From NCBI GenBank assembly GCA_918234285.1, contig CAKJXZ020000003.1:32001-96000 (forward strand): DNA of 64,000 nt, read 5' to 3'. The translations under genes were made by a program, and so were the position numbers. This stretch comes from Pseudomonadota bacterium. Its GTDB lineage: Bacteria > Pseudomonadota > Alphaproteobacteria > RF32 > CAG-239. Positions 29,801 to 39,631 of the stretch are shown one piece after another; the stretch's first letter is position 1; every line of letters starts with the position of its first letter. A model generated the notes under the pieces. That model saw only the letters and a list, made by a program, of their open reading frames with translations, did no database searches and was not told where the DNA came from.

Positions 29801-30187
29801 CGTCATGCCTTCGAATTTATCAGATGTTTTTTCTTCCGGTTTCGGAGTCGTATTTTCGCCCACCGGCTGTTCAGGTTTCGGAGTTGTATTTTCGCCCACC
29901 GGCTGTTCAGGCCGCGGAGTCGTATTTTCGCCCACCGGTTGCTCGATTTCTTTTAACTTTTCGCGACGTGCCGAAATCTGTTTGTTCAACGAATCCTGCA
30001 ACGAGGTAGGCAGATTAAAGTTGCCCATAATACTTTCCAATTTATCCAGCGATTCTTTGTCGAAATCATCCAACTGGATAGTATTAAACTTGCGCAAAAT
30101 GCGGTCAAGTTCCTCTCCCTGCAAAGTTTTAACGTCATCAAGAGAATTGATTTTATCTCTGAATTCTTGATCGGTCATATCAGCCAT
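26879..30187 (-). CDS. Large hypothetical protein (~1102 aa) with central Gly/Ala-rich hydrophobic helices
   Basis: ATG at 30187 after AGGAG RBS; no signal peptide; no family recognised. Confidence 0.75.
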   Translation of the reverse strand: MADMTDQEFRDKINSLDDVKTLQGEELDRILRKFNTIQLDDFDKESLDKLESIMGNFNLPTSLQDSLNKQISARREKLKEIEQPVGENTTPRPEQPVGENTTPKPEQPVGENTTPKPEEKTSDKFEGMTSYDLLQYYKKLKEDYNNLVSQGVSQFGEEFASLDTPEAKEIAEKMAEINGEMKDIEKYAAKEIKEINLDENNAPLVKDYADILLGADPNYKYEKADELEQKLAEYDKNNGLDGELPSPEKIKENEDKWAALTEKTPYTDSMPEELKKDPATVVFAKENPEVFKETLDVIRTTALTQLSLETPDDDNQKNIERYHQKVEEISAQYLATVTLTFNNIMSSPEERNEWLKKYLKDNKLSADEWNEAQKDPEKKKEYMAKFAKYVATNTYTIANGIYTDKNAIYASRLGRKTGMKQTPERAAEAKNQMTAKHPTVMGAVKECIKNVAWTAGLAAAFGPIGITARQGCKLFGAVRKSWRNYKEKSDGKTSIKGFFGYLKDNREETINLARQAGLFLTSAAFTTVMAASGTLAFGAWGSMTGWGAQAAQNAAQTTIMGLGKAKVAGTITAAAGLGQYLNVRHDAAKAQKDLADLLQKYLPQQEEPGKGLFGIKKATTAQKIAKDLSKLIRNGDEKVLAKLDQYAPNMSAEDKEKAMELVGQIKGSKGKGLAAALGVAAGGFMLSDTAQDFVGEKVTGLKNYFFGAPENNELADGAQTGAAVGKELGEQDNGGSDVITETPATHEFNITDAKVTDMPNATYVILKEMGLMEGKDFDDLRGSNTHIVKSGMTSYLSKLQLTDAQQAEFQAKLDSGEFDRIAGKLNSGHMIIRPGGEVVERDHGWTRSSGGNGGHGSAEGNEAGGNGGSAPIRGVDTPEGQPRIVPDPTKQSGLTEDAQKAIEEQKKMGNVTGKSESGSWFKRIFTKKHEHTVYMPVTADANATAEEYAGRVAMEEYNAKHPDNPITSAEEMKKHGYNVKGTVNGHKIHVKVSNDGNTETRTVDGVRMKLEHHNGHDVATYKGANLASNTVGGDGGKEDQLIGKIRNQNGEIREYIRDGDSKNMYERDIDAKGNVTEVRASKLSENKVKSVLKNFGKSGREM
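29836..29945 (-). repeat. 36-bp in-frame tandem repeat x3 (EQPVGENTTP[R/K]P)
   Basis: GTATTTTCGCCCACCGG repeated at 36-bp period. Confidence 0.92.
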
Positions 30188-30389
30188 ATTTGTTCTCCTA
30201 AACAGCCTATTTTTTCTATACTGTAACGCAAATTTACCTAAATTGCAAGCAAAAAATGACAAAATTTACAAAATTTTTGTTAATATTGTCAAATACCGGC
30301 GATTCCGGTCAATAACCCGTTTTTTTAGTATACTTTTCTATTCTGTATGCTATAACAGTTTTAGTTTAAGAGTGGTTAACGGAGAATAA

Positions 30390-31868
30390 ATGTCTCAAAT
30401 TACGAAAAAATTTGCCTGTTTATTGCTTTTCAGCTTTGTTTTATGGAGCGTCGTGCCGATATTGCGCATTTCGCTCTCGATGGACACGCAAGAGGCGATT
30501 GTCTGGGGCAAGTATTGTTTATGGGGAACCACCAAACACCCTCCGTTTTCGGGATGGGTTGCTTATTCTTGGTATACTCTGTTCGGGCAAAGCGACAAGA
30601 TAATGTACGCATTGAGCCAAATTTTCGTCTTACTGGGCCTGATATATGTTTATAAACTTGCCCGTTGTTTTTTGAGTGAAACCGCCGCAATCGCGGCAAC
30701 CGCATTACAATTAGGTATCATTTATTACGGCTATTCCACTCCGGAATTTAACGTCAATGTCATCTCGGTCGGGTTGTGGCCGATGTGTGCCTACTATTTT
30801 TGGCGCGCTTATACGCAAAACAAACTGCTTGATTGGCTGTTGTTCGGAATTTTGGTCGGGCTCAATCTGCTCAATAAATACAGCGTTGCCATGCTGTTAA
30901 TTTCTCTCGGAATTTTCGTTTTGTGTGATAAAAGTGTTTGGAAGTTGCTGAAAAATATTAAAGTTTATGTTGCAATTACAGTATCTATAATATTGATTTT
31001 TCCGCATCTTTATTGGTTATGGCAAAATAATTTCGAATCATTTAATTATATCTCATCACGCAGCCATGGCGGCAACATTACTTCTTTTTGGCGCCATTTG
31101 ATTTATCCGCTGAAATTTCTGACGGCGCAGATTTTATTTGCCGCGCCGGCGCTGATAACCTATCTTTGTTTTTGGCGTAAAAACAAAACATTAGAATCAA
31201 AAATTGAATCAAAGAATCAAGTCGATACCACCCGTTTTATCTTTTGCACCGCGCTCATTCCGGCGCTTACCTTTGCGCTGATTTGCCTCATAAGCGGTAA
31301 TGCCGCCAAGAGTATGTGGGGATTTCCGTGCCTGTTTATGTGGGGAACAGCCTTATGTTATTTTGCGCCGTTCAAAACCGACGATAAAACCGTCAACAAA
31401 CTGCTGAATGTTATGTTTATCTGGGTGGCGCTGTTTGCGGTCGCCTACGGCATACAGTGCGTGGTAACTACCAGTATGCGCTACCAAACTGAGGTCAGAC
31501 AGGTGGCGCAAAGTTTTGAGCAAAAATGGACCGAACATACCGCAAAACCGCTGGAATATGTGGGGGCCGACGTTTGGTTCGGTGACATTATGGCGCTGTA
31601 TGCATCTCACGAAATCAAGCCGATGATTTGGCTGAAACCGCAAAATAACCCGTGGTTTGATGAAGCCGATTTCAAACAAAAAGGCGCATTGCTGATTGCC
31701 GCTGACGATTGGGAATACGAACAATACCAAAAGATGTACGGTGCGGCGGTTTCGGCTCCGCAAAAAATGACGCTTGCATTTAAAAACTATTTTGGTAAAA
31801 CTAAAGAAAAAGAAGTATTATACGGATTTTATGAACCGTGGGAGGTTACAAATGCCGAAGAAAAATAA
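30390..31868 (+). CDS. ArnT/PMT-like (GT83/GT39) membrane glycosyltransferase
   Basis: KHPPF motif, LNKYS, PHLYW, many TM helices. Confidence 0.85.
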   Translation: MSQITKKFACLLLFSFVLWSVVPILRISLSMDTQEAIVWGKYCLWGTTKHPPFSGWVAYSWYTLFGQSDKIMYALSQIFVLLGLIYVYKLARCFLSETAAIAATALQLGIIYYGYSTPEFNVNVISVGLWPMCAYYFWRAYTQNKLLDWLLFGILVGLNLLNKYSVAMLLISLGIFVLCDKSVWKLLKNIKVYVAITVSIILIFPHLYWLWQNNFESFNYISSRSHGGNITSFWRHLIYPLKFLTAQILFAAPALITYLCFWRKNKTLESKIESKNQVDTTRFIFCTALIPALTFALICLISGNAAKSMWGFPCLFMWGTALCYFAPFKTDDKTVNKLLNVMFIWVALFAVAYGIQCVVTTSMRYQTEVRQVAQSFEQKWTEHTAKPLEYVGADVWFGDIMALYASHEIKPMIWLKPQNNPWFDEADFKQKGALLIAADDWEYEQYQKMYGAAVSAPQKMTLAFKNYFGKTKEKEVLYGFYEPWEVTNAEEK

Positions 31869-32817
31869 ACTGATCAGTATCGTTATTTCCGCTTACAACG
31901 AACAGGATAACGTGGCAGAACTGCACAAACAGCTGAACGCAAGCACAAAAGAGTGCAAAAATGTCGACTTCGAATATATTTTTGTTGACGACGGCAGCAA
32001 AGATAAAACCCGCGAAAACTGCCTGAAATTACAGCAAAAAGACCCACGTGTCAAAATCGTGGAGCTAAAGCGCAACTTCGGGCACGAAATTGCCATGACC
32101 GCCGGTATGGATTATGCTAAAGGCGACGCCGTTATCTTCATGGATGCCGATTTGCAACACCCTCCGCTCTATATCCCTAAAATGGTGGAAGCATGGCAAA
32201 ACGGTAAAGAAATCGTGCTTACCAAGCGTCTCGACAACGTAGCAACCTCCAAACTGTATAAAATGTGCGCCAAAACTTTCTATTATGTTTTGAATTTGCT
32301 TTCCGACATGCCGATTATGGAAAGTGCGCCGGATTTTCGCCTGCTCGACCGCAAATATGTGGATTTCTTGAAAGGTTTTAACGAGCAGGACCGTCTTTTT
32401 CGCGGCTTGCTCAGCTGGATTATGCCGCAAGATAATGTGGAAATAATCGGTTTTGTGGCGCCGGAACGTTTCAGCGGTGAATCCAAATACAATTTTATCA
32501 AATCGTTGCGTTTGGCCGTCAACAGTATTATTCAGTTCTCGGTCATGCCGTTGCGTCTGGCTACCGGCTTAGGCGTAATTGCCGCCGTATTGGCGCTACT
32601 TATGGGTGTTTATGTTTTTGTTGAGCATTTCTTCCTGCACAATCCGACTCCGGGATATGCCACCATTATGGTCACGGTGGTTTTTTTGGGTGCGGTGCAG
32701 CTGATTTGCCTCGGTATTATCGGCGAATACATCGGCAAAATTCACATGGAAGTCAAAAAGCGCCCGCTCTATGTGGCCGATTTTATAGAAAAGAAAGCCA
32801 AGAAAGATGACGCTTAA
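31852..32817 (+). CDS. GT2 polyprenyl-phosphate glycosyltransferase (GtrB/ArnC-like)
   Basis: FVDDGSKD, RNFGHE, MDADLQHPP, GEYIGKIHMEVKKRPLY. Confidence 0.93.
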   Translation: MPKKNKLISIVISAYNEQDNVAELHKQLNASTKECKNVDFEYIFVDDGSKDKTRENCLKLQQKDPRVKIVELKRNFGHEIAMTAGMDYAKGDAVIFMDADLQHPPLYIPKMVEAWQNGKEIVLTKRLDNVATSKLYKMCAKTFYYVLNLLSDMPIMESAPDFRLLDRKYVDFLKGFNEQDRLFRGLLSWIMPQDNVEIIGFVAPERFSGESKYNFIKSLRLAVNSIIQFSVMPLRLATGLGVIAAVLALLMGVYVFVEHFFLHNPTPGYATIMVTVVFLGAVQLICLGIIGEYIGKIHMEVKKRPLYVADFIEKKAKKDDA

Positions 32818-33652
32818 AATAATATTCAATGCCGACGATTTCGGTATCAGCCGCGGCGTTAATGCGGCGATTATCGAAGCGCACACCCGAGGGATTTTGA
32901 ACGCCACCAGTCTGATGATAAATCAGGAATTTGCCGCCGAAGCCGTTGCCGCCGCCCAAAAGATGCCGGATTTAGAAATCGGTTTACACCTCAACTTAAC
33001 CAACGAAAAACCGGCGGCCGATCCGGCACAAATTCCGCTGTTGGTTAACTCCGAAGGCAAGCTTAAAAACGGCTTCGTCAACTTGTTGTTACTCTCGCTC
33101 TTGCATCCTAAAAAGTTTGCCGCCCAAATTGAAACGGAAATCCGCGCTCAAGTGCAAAAATATCTGGCAAGCGGACTGAAAATGGCTCATATCGACGGAC
33201 ATCGCCACATTCATCTAATTCCGGCCGTTTTCAAAATCGTGCGCAAAATCCAGCAGGAATATAGCGTGCCGCGAATAAGAATGATGAACGAAAATGCCCT
33301 CAATACAATTTTGCAAAACAAATCAAAAAGCTGGCTGTTAGACGGCGGCTTGGTCAAATACTTCATTTTGCGTTTTTTAACCTGGTGGAACGGCTACAAA
33401 TCCGATATTTATTTTTATACCATTCTGTTTACCTGCAAAATTTCGCGCGAGCAGTTTTGCAACATTAAAATTCCGCGCGGTTACAAAGCGGTAGAAATTA
33501 TGATTCACCCGGGAAAACCGGAAATCGACCGTCAATATCCGGAGAGCGTGTGGGACGACAATATTTTATCGCCGTGGCGCTCGGTAGAGTTACAGACACT
33601 TCTGGATAAAGAAATTTTGCAAAACATTCACGGCGGAGATAATATTGATTAA
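32807..33652 (+). CDS. YdjC/ChbG/HpnK family deacetylase
   Basis: NADDFG, GLHLNL, HIDGHRHIH, EIMIHPG. Confidence 0.92.
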   Translation: MTLKIIFNADDFGISRGVNAAIIEAHTRGILNATSLMINQEFAAEAVAAAQKMPDLEIGLHLNLTNEKPAADPAQIPLLVNSEGKLKNGFVNLLLLSLLHPKKFAAQIETEIRAQVQKYLASGLKMAHIDGHRHIHLIPAVFKIVRKIQQEYSVPRIRMMNENALNTILQNKSKSWLLDGGLVKYFILRFLTWWNGYKSDIYFYTILFTCKISREQFCNIKIPRGYKAVEIMIHPGKPEIDRQYPESVWDDNILSPWRSVELQTLLDKEILQNIHGGDNID

Positions 33653-34109
33653 AACAATCGTCAAATTATATTTCTGGGCCGAAAATATCTGGTTCAAATT
33701 CCCCGAAAAACTGCGTTTTTTACTGGTCGGCGGCTTTAACACCGTCTTTGCCTGGTCGGTTTTGGTCGGTTTGGATTGGGCTTTCCGATACGTTAACACC
33801 GCCGCCGGTTGGAATTTTCCTCAAATCTGGATAGCCAATGCAGCTCTGGCATTGCAATATGCCATCACCATCAACGTGTCGTTCATCACCATGCGCTACT
33901 ACGTTTTTCGCAGTCACGGTAACTTTTGGGCCGAATGGGCCAAAGCCTGGTCGGTATATATTTTTCTTTATGCCATAAATGCCCCTATAATGAGTTTTTT
34001 AATGTGGGCATTCGGACTTATGGCATGGCAGGCACAGGGAATTTATTTGATTTTTTCCACCATTGTTACGTTTTTGCTGCACAAATATTATTCCTTCCGC
34101 CGTGCTTAA
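33645..34109 (+). CDS. GtrA family flippase
   Basis: RFLLVGGFNT, YYVF, four TM helices. Confidence 0.88.
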   Translation: MIKTIVKLYFWAENIWFKFPEKLRFLLVGGFNTVFAWSVLVGLDWAFRYVNTAAGWNFPQIWIANAALALQYAITINVSFITMRYYVFRSHGNFWAEWAKAWSVYIFLYAINAPIMSFLMWAFGLMAWQAQGIYLIFSTIVTFLLHKYYSFRRA

Positions 34110-34203
34110 ATTTTGTTTTGCGGTCATGTATTTTTTATTGCAAATCACGTAAAAATGAGTTATTCTTGCGCCATAAAATAAACTTTTTCAAAAGGAGCAA
34201 ATC

Positions 34204-34746
34204 ATGGAGATTTTGGGAACAAATGTGCAAACCGGAAATCCGGTTTTTAATACCGGAGAATATAAAGACGTGTTGCCGGCAGAACAAACACTCAACTACG
34301 AAAATATCGATAAATACGTAAAAGCAGCCGTAAACAACGGTAGCGAAGCCGAATTGAATGCCGCTATCGAAAACGTGTTCAAACAGCCGATAATGGCCGA
34401 GGTTTATTGCAAAGCCGGTATCAAACCGGAAATGGTAGATGAATATATCAAAAGCCGGATTGAATTGCCGCATAGTGCCAAAACAACATTGATGATTAAT
34501 CTGGGAGCGATTTATCACGGGGCGGCCAACGATATGGAAAGCGAAATCGATAAACCGCGCATTTCCGGCGATCGCGAATGGCTCAGTTTAGAAACAAAAT
34601 TGAAATCCTTGGCCAGCATTACCTTACCGATGAAGACGTTTGCCAAGCAAAAGTCTGAAGAAAAGCAACCGGCAAAGCCGCGAAAATCCAATTTGCAAAA
34701 ATTGTTGCAAATGGTCGGAATCAAAAAAGACGGTCGCAAATTGTAA
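34204..34746 (+). CDS. Hypothetical protein, paralog of 57981..58715
   Basis: AAGGAG RBS; shared GNPV..EYxDVLxxEQTLN, FxQPxM, ISGxxEWxSL. Confidence 0.75.
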   Translation: MEILGTNVQTGNPVFNTGEYKDVLPAEQTLNYENIDKYVKAAVNNGSEAELNAAIENVFKQPIMAEVYCKAGIKPEMVDEYIKSRIELPHSAKTTLMINLGAIYHGAANDMESEIDKPRISGDREWLSLETKLKSLASITLPMKTFAKQKSEEKQPAKPRKSNLQKLLQMVGIKKDGRKL

Positions 34747-34763
34747 TTTTTACGGAGGAAACC

Positions 34764-36149
34764 ATGACTGTTCTGGCCGCCGTGGCGGTACCTCACCCGC
34801 CGCTTATCTTTCCTGAAGTCGGTAACGGCCGCGAGAAAGAAATTAAAAAAACCGTCGATTCATATCGCCAAGCGATGCAATTTGCGGATTCGTTTGCTCC
34901 CGATACAATCATTTTAATCAGCCCGCATATGCGTTGGTATGCCGATTATTTTCACGTGGCATCGCAAACCGAAACTACCGACGATTTTGCGCGTTTCGGT
35001 GCTCCTCAGGTAAAAATAACCGCTTCTGCCGACGAAAGTTTCATTGCCGCACTTAACGCTGCTTGTCAGGCACGTGATTTTCCGTGCGGCGTGTTGGGCG
35101 AACAAGAACGGGATATTGACCATGGCTCCTTTATTCCGCTGCGTTTTTTGGATGAAATCAAAAAAGATTATAAGGTGGTGCGTATTGCCATTTCCGGTTT
35201 ATCCGTTATATACCACTATATGTTGGGACAGATTTTGAACGAAGTGTCGGCCAAATTAAATCGCCGCAGCATAATCATTGCCAGCGGTGACTGGTCGCAT
35301 AAGCTGCTTGACGATGGGCCGTACGGTTTTGCCAAAGAAGGACCGGAATTTGATAAAAAAGTGCAAGAAATCTTCAAAACCGCTGATTTTCTACCGCTAT
35401 TACAATTAAAGCCGGAGTTGTGTGAGGCAGCCGGAGAATGCGGACATCGGCCGTTTGTGATTATGGCCGGAGCCTTTGATTCGCGCGCGGTTAAAAGCGA
35501 ATTACTGTCGTACGAAGGTCCGTTTGGCGTCGGTTACGGTGTTGCCACCTTTGCTGCCGGCGACGCCGATGAAAAGCGTAACTTCGGCGTGCAATATCGC
35601 GAGTGGAAACAGCAAGAGCTCAATAAACAGGTTGCGACCGAAGATGAATTCGTACATTTTGCCCGCTATTGCGTCGAAAATTTCGTACTGACCGGCAAAC
35701 CGGCAATAATGCCGCAACAATTACCTTCTGCTCTCACTTCTGAACGCGCCGGAGTGTTTGTTTCGCTCAAAATGCACGGACAGTTGCGCGGTTGTATCGG
35801 CACCATTGCGCCAGTTTATGCGAATATTGCCGAAGAAATTGCACATAACGCTATTTCCGCCTGCTCACAAGACCCGCGCTTTATGCCGGTACGTCCTGAC
35901 GAATTGGCAGATTTGGTATACAGCGTCGACGTATTGAAACCGGCCGAACCGATTACCTCTGCCGCCGAACTTGATGTAAAAAAATACGGCGTAATCGTTG
36001 AAAGCGGCGGCAAACGCGGGTTGTTGTTGCCGGATATCGAAGGCGTTGATACGGTTGAACAACAAATTGCCATCGCCCGACAAAAAGGCGGCATTACTCC
36101 GGGTGAAAAAGTGCAATTGCACCGCTTTGAAGTGATTCGCCATCACTGA
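34764..36149 (+). CDS. amrA: AmmeMemoRadiSam protein: LigB/Memo-like domain fused to AMMECR1 domain
   Basis: PHPPL, DHG, ASGDWSH, YEGPFGVGY; LRGCIGT, DPRF, GLLLPD. Confidence 0.9.
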   Translation: MTVLAAVAVPHPPLIFPEVGNGREKEIKKTVDSYRQAMQFADSFAPDTIILISPHMRWYADYFHVASQTETTDDFARFGAPQVKITASADESFIAALNAACQARDFPCGVLGEQERDIDHGSFIPLRFLDEIKKDYKVVRIAISGLSVIYHYMLGQILNEVSAKLNRRSIIIASGDWSHKLLDDGPYGFAKEGPEFDKKVQEIFKTADFLPLLQLKPELCEAAGECGHRPFVIMAGAFDSRAVKSELLSYEGPFGVGYGVATFAAGDADEKRNFGVQYREWKQQELNKQVATEDEFVHFARYCVENFVLTGKPAIMPQQLPSALTSERAGVFVSLKMHGQLRGCIGTIAPVYANIAEEIAHNAISACSQDPRFMPVRPDELADLVYSVDVLKPAEPITSAAELDVKKYGVIVESGGKRGLLLPDIEGVDTVEQQIAIARQKGGITPGEKVQLHRFEVIRHH

Positions 36150-36332
36150 TGTTTGTTTCTACGCAACTTGTAAACAGAACTGCCGAGGTCATTTGCGGCA
36201 GTTCTTCTTTTATATTGTTATTACCATAGTAATATATCGATTTATGAACTTGACTATTTTTACGAATTAATCCATAATGGCGCAAATACATTCAGTTGTG
36301 TTCGAACATATTGTAATTAAGGAGTATAAAAA

Positions 36333-37019
36333 ATGAAAGTGAATCAATCCGGCCGTTCAATGATTGAAATGCTCGGCGTGTTGGCTATTATCGGTGTTTT
36401 GTCTGTCGGCGGTATTGCCGGCTATTCCAAGGCTATGAGTAAATACCGTACCAATAAGGTTTTGGATCAGGTTGCCATGTTGGTTACCAACATCCGCACC
36501 ATGTATGCACAGCAGCAAACGTACGGCAATCTGGATAATGCCTTAGCCATCGATATGGGAATGGTTCCGGAAGAGTTGATTGTTGCCGGTCTGGCTGATA
36601 ATGCCGTAGGCAAGTTACGTAATATTTTCGGCGGACGTATCTTTATCGGTGCATCGTCAATGGACGGTTCCGGCGAAATCAACCAGGTTGATAAAAACGC
36701 ATTCATTGTTTCTTTTTACGGCGTAACTCGCGATGCTTGTATTGCCATGGCAACCGCTGACTGGGGCGCCGGTTCTTCTTCCGGTTTGCTCGCAATGCAC
36801 GTTTACAGTCAATCCAGAGGAACAACTACTGACCCTACTTCCATTGATGCCACTTTGGATGCCGTCAATAAATACACTCCGGGTAGCATTACGCAGATGA
36901 GCGCCATCGCCGTACCGGGGGATGAAACGGTTAAAGTTCCGCTGACGGTTGATCAGGCACGTTTGGCTTGCTATTGTCCGAATAAATCGCTCTGCGCCGT
37001 GAGCTGGAAATATTACTGA
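36333..37019 (+). CDS. Type IV pilin-like protein
   Basis: NQSG|RSMIEMLGVLAIIGVLSVGG class III signal with E5; C-terminal Cys. Confidence 0.85.
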   Translation: MKVNQSGRSMIEMLGVLAIIGVLSVGGIAGYSKAMSKYRTNKVLDQVAMLVTNIRTMYAQQQTYGNLDNALAIDMGMVPEELIVAGLADNAVGKLRNIFGGRIFIGASSMDGSGEINQVDKNAFIVSFYGVTRDACIAMATADWGAGSSSGLLAMHVYSQSRGTTTDPTSIDATLDAVNKYTPGSITQMSAIAVPGDETVKVPLTVDQARLACYCPNKSLCAVSWKYY

Positions 37020-37104
37020 TATCGTATAAAATACGAGCAAAACGAAAAGCGCCTGACAACAGGCGCTCTTTTTTACTTAAGCCTTTATTTATGGCCGCAA
37101 CAAA

Positions 37105-38784
37105 TCAGCGTTCCAATTTCTTATAGCGGATTCGGTGCGGATTGCAAGCATCCTCGCCCAAACGCAATTTCTTATTCTTCTCATAATCCTCAAAATTGCC
37201 CTCAAACCACTCCACATGGCCGTTATCTTCATAAGCCAAAATATGCGTCGCCAGGCGGTCCAAAAACCAACGGTCGTGCGAGGTCACCAAAACACACCCC
37301 GGATACGCGCTTATACCCTCTTCCAACGAACGCAGAGTATCAACATCCAAATCGTTGGTCGGCTCATCCAGCAAAATCACATTTGCACCTTTTCTGAGCA
37401 TCTTAGCCAAATGTACGCGATTGCGCTCACCACCGGAAAGTTGCCCGACCTTTTTCTGTTGATCGGCACCTTTAAAGTTAAATTGTCCGACATACGCCCG
37501 CGAAGAAATTTCATTTTTACCCAGTTGCATCATATCCAAACCGTCGGAAATTTCCTCCCAAACGTTTTTATCCGGATTGAGTTCGTCACGCGATTGGTCA
37601 ACATAGCCCAAATCCACGGTCTCGCCGATACGGATGGTGCCGGAATCCGGTTTTTCCTGCCCGGTAATCATCTTAAACAGCGTGGTTTTACCGGCGCCGT
37701 TCGGACCGATAATACCGACAATCGCTCCCTTCGGAATTTTGAACGACAAATCGTCAATCAGCACTCTGTCACCAAAACCTTTGGTCAGGTGCTCGGCTTC
37801 AATCACCAAATCGCCCAGTCTTTCGGTCATCGGAATATTGATGTGTGCGGTCGTAATTTTCTCACGACTTGCTTGCGACAAAAGCTCATCATAAGCATTG
37901 ATACGCGCCTTAGACTTTGCTTGTCTTGCCTTCGGATTTTTATGAATCCACTCCAACTCTTGCGCCAAAGTGCGCTGACGAGCGGTTTCTTCACGCGCTT
38001 CCTGTTCCAAACGTTTTTGTTTTTGTTCCAACCACGAAGTATAGTTACCCTCGTACGGAATGCCCTGACCGCGGTCAAGTTCCAAAATCCAACCGGTAAC
38101 ATTATCCAAGAAATAGCGGTCGTGAGTTACCATCACCACCGTACCGTTGTAATCGCGCAAATGGTGTTCGAGCCATGCCACCGATTCGGCGTCCAAATGG
38201 TTGGTCGGTTCGTCCAACAGCAACATATCCGGTTTTTGCAACAACAACCGACACAACGCCACCCGACGTTTTTCGCCGCCGGAAAGTTTGGTTACATCGG
38301 CTTCCGCCGGCGGACAACGCAATGCATCCATGGCAATTTGCACCATGCGTTCAATATCCCAACCGTTAACCGCATCGATTTGTTCCTGCAATTCGGCTTG
38401 CTCGGCAATCAAATCATTCATTTCATCATCACTCATCGGCTCGGCAAATTTGGCGGAAACTTCTTCAAATCGCTGCAACAAACGCTGAGTTTCTCCCAAA
38501 CCGTCCATCACATTTTCCATCACGTTTTTATTCGGGTCAAGCTGCGGTTCCTGTTCCAGATAACCGATTTTAACTCCTTCGGCAGCCCAGGCTTCACCGT
38601 TAAATTCCTTATCCACGCCGGCCATAATTTTCAAAAGCGTTGATTTACCGGCACCGTTAACGCCCAGCACGCCGATTTTGGCTCCCGGCAAAAAAGACAG
38701 GGTAATGTCTTTGAAAAGCTCTCTGCCCCCCGGAAGAACCTTGGTTAAATTTTGCATCACAAATATATATTGGTATGCCGCCAT
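37105..38784 (-). CDS. ettA: ABC-F translational throttle EttA
   Basis: [21 protein letters not shown], two ABC domains, ELEWI...[10 protein letters not shown] linker. Confidence 0.96.
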   Translation of the reverse strand: MAAYQYIFVMQNLTKVLPGGRELFKDITLSFLPGAKIGVLGVNGAGKSTLLKIMAGVDKEFNGEAWAAEGVKIGYLEQEPQLDPNKNVMENVMDGLGETQRLLQRFEEVSAKFAEPMSDDEMNDLIAEQAELQEQIDAVNGWDIERMVQIAMDALRCPPAEADVTKLSGGEKRRVALCRLLLQKPDMLLLDEPTNHLDAESVAWLEHHLRDYNGTVVMVTHDRYFLDNVTGWILELDRGQGIPYEGNYTSWLEQKQKRLEQEAREETARQRTLAQELEWIHKNPKARQAKSKARINAYDELLSQASREKITTAHINIPMTERLGDLVIEAEHLTKGFGDRVLIDDLSFKIPKGAIVGIIGPNGAGKTTLFKMITGQEKPDSGTIRIGETVDLGYVDQSRDELNPDKNVWEEISDGLDMMQLGKNEISSRAYVGQFNFKGADQQKKVGQLSGGERNRVHLAKMLRKGANVILLDEPTNDLDVDTLRSLEEGISAYPGCVLVTSHDRWFLDRLATHILAYEDNGHVEWFEGNFEDYEKNKKLRLGEDACNPHRIRYKKLER

Positions 38785-38793
38785 TTTTGACTC

Positions 38794-39351
38794 CTATTTA
38801 CTGAATTGTTTGGAATAAGATTCGTACCGCGCATCTTTAAGCGGAACTTTTGGCGCATTTTGCATTGTTTTTTGCGTTTCTGCAACAGAATTTTTATACA
38901 TGGCATCCATTTTTGTAAAAGCTTCGCGATCTTTGACATAGATTTTTGAGGCATCATACGGCTGCCGCGGTTTAATCAACGTACCGTCCGGAAGCTTCAA
39001 TCTGCCGTCGGAATAGAGCACACTCTTAAAAATCGGCTGACTTTCAAATCGTCGCAAAATTTCGGCACATCCGGCAAATTGTGTTTCTTCCATTTCCATA
39101 AATGCCGAAGCCTTACCGTTGGCATATTGCCGCAAACCGTCTTCCTGCACGGCGGCATTAGGTGCCTTGCCTATAACAATGGCACGAGCCAATAATTCAA
39201 ACTGATGATATTTAGAGGACTTACAAGCCAAACCCTGACCGGAAACAGCACCCAACGCATACATTTCCTCCTGATACGTTATCTGTTTGGCATTAACGGC
39301 AGATATGTTCAACAAACACAGCAAAGCCGCGCCGAAAAATATTTTTTCCAT
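38794..39351 (-). CDS. Hypothetical exported protein
   Basis: Signal peptide ending AVNA; two Cys in mature part. Confidence 0.65.
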   Translation of the reverse strand: MEKIFFGAALLCLLNISAVNAKQITYQEEMYALGAVSGQGLACKSSKYHQFELLARAIVIGKAPNAAVQEDGLRQYANGKASAFMEMEETQFAGCAEILRRFESQPIFKSVLYSDGRLKLPDGTLIKPRQPYDASKIYVKDREAFTKMDAMYKNSVAETQKTMQNAPKVPLKDARYESYSKQFSK

Positions 39352-39505
39352 ACAATTCTCTCCGCAAATAAGTATACTTGGTCTTATTTATAGGGTATAA
39401 TCTTAAAATATGTCTTAATTTTTTGCGATTTTTCAAAAAATTGGTTGACAAGTGCGGATAAATAGCTTATTTTGCGCTCAAAACGTTTATATAAGGAATA
39501 AAAAA

Positions 39506-39631
39506 ATGAAGTGCTATAGTTCTCTTAAATCTAAGAAAGTACGCGATTTGAACTGCAAAATTGTACGCCGTAAAGGTCGTGTATATGTTATCAATAAAAA
39601 GAACCCGAAGCTCAAGGCTCGTCAGGGTTAA
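39506..39631 (+). CDS. rpmJ: 50S ribosomal protein L36, type B (Zn-free); not in ORF track
   Basis: [41 protein letters not shown]; AAGGA RBS; terminator follows. Confidence 0.95.
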   Translation: MKCYSSLKSKKVRDLNCKIVRRKGRVYVINKKNPKLKARQG

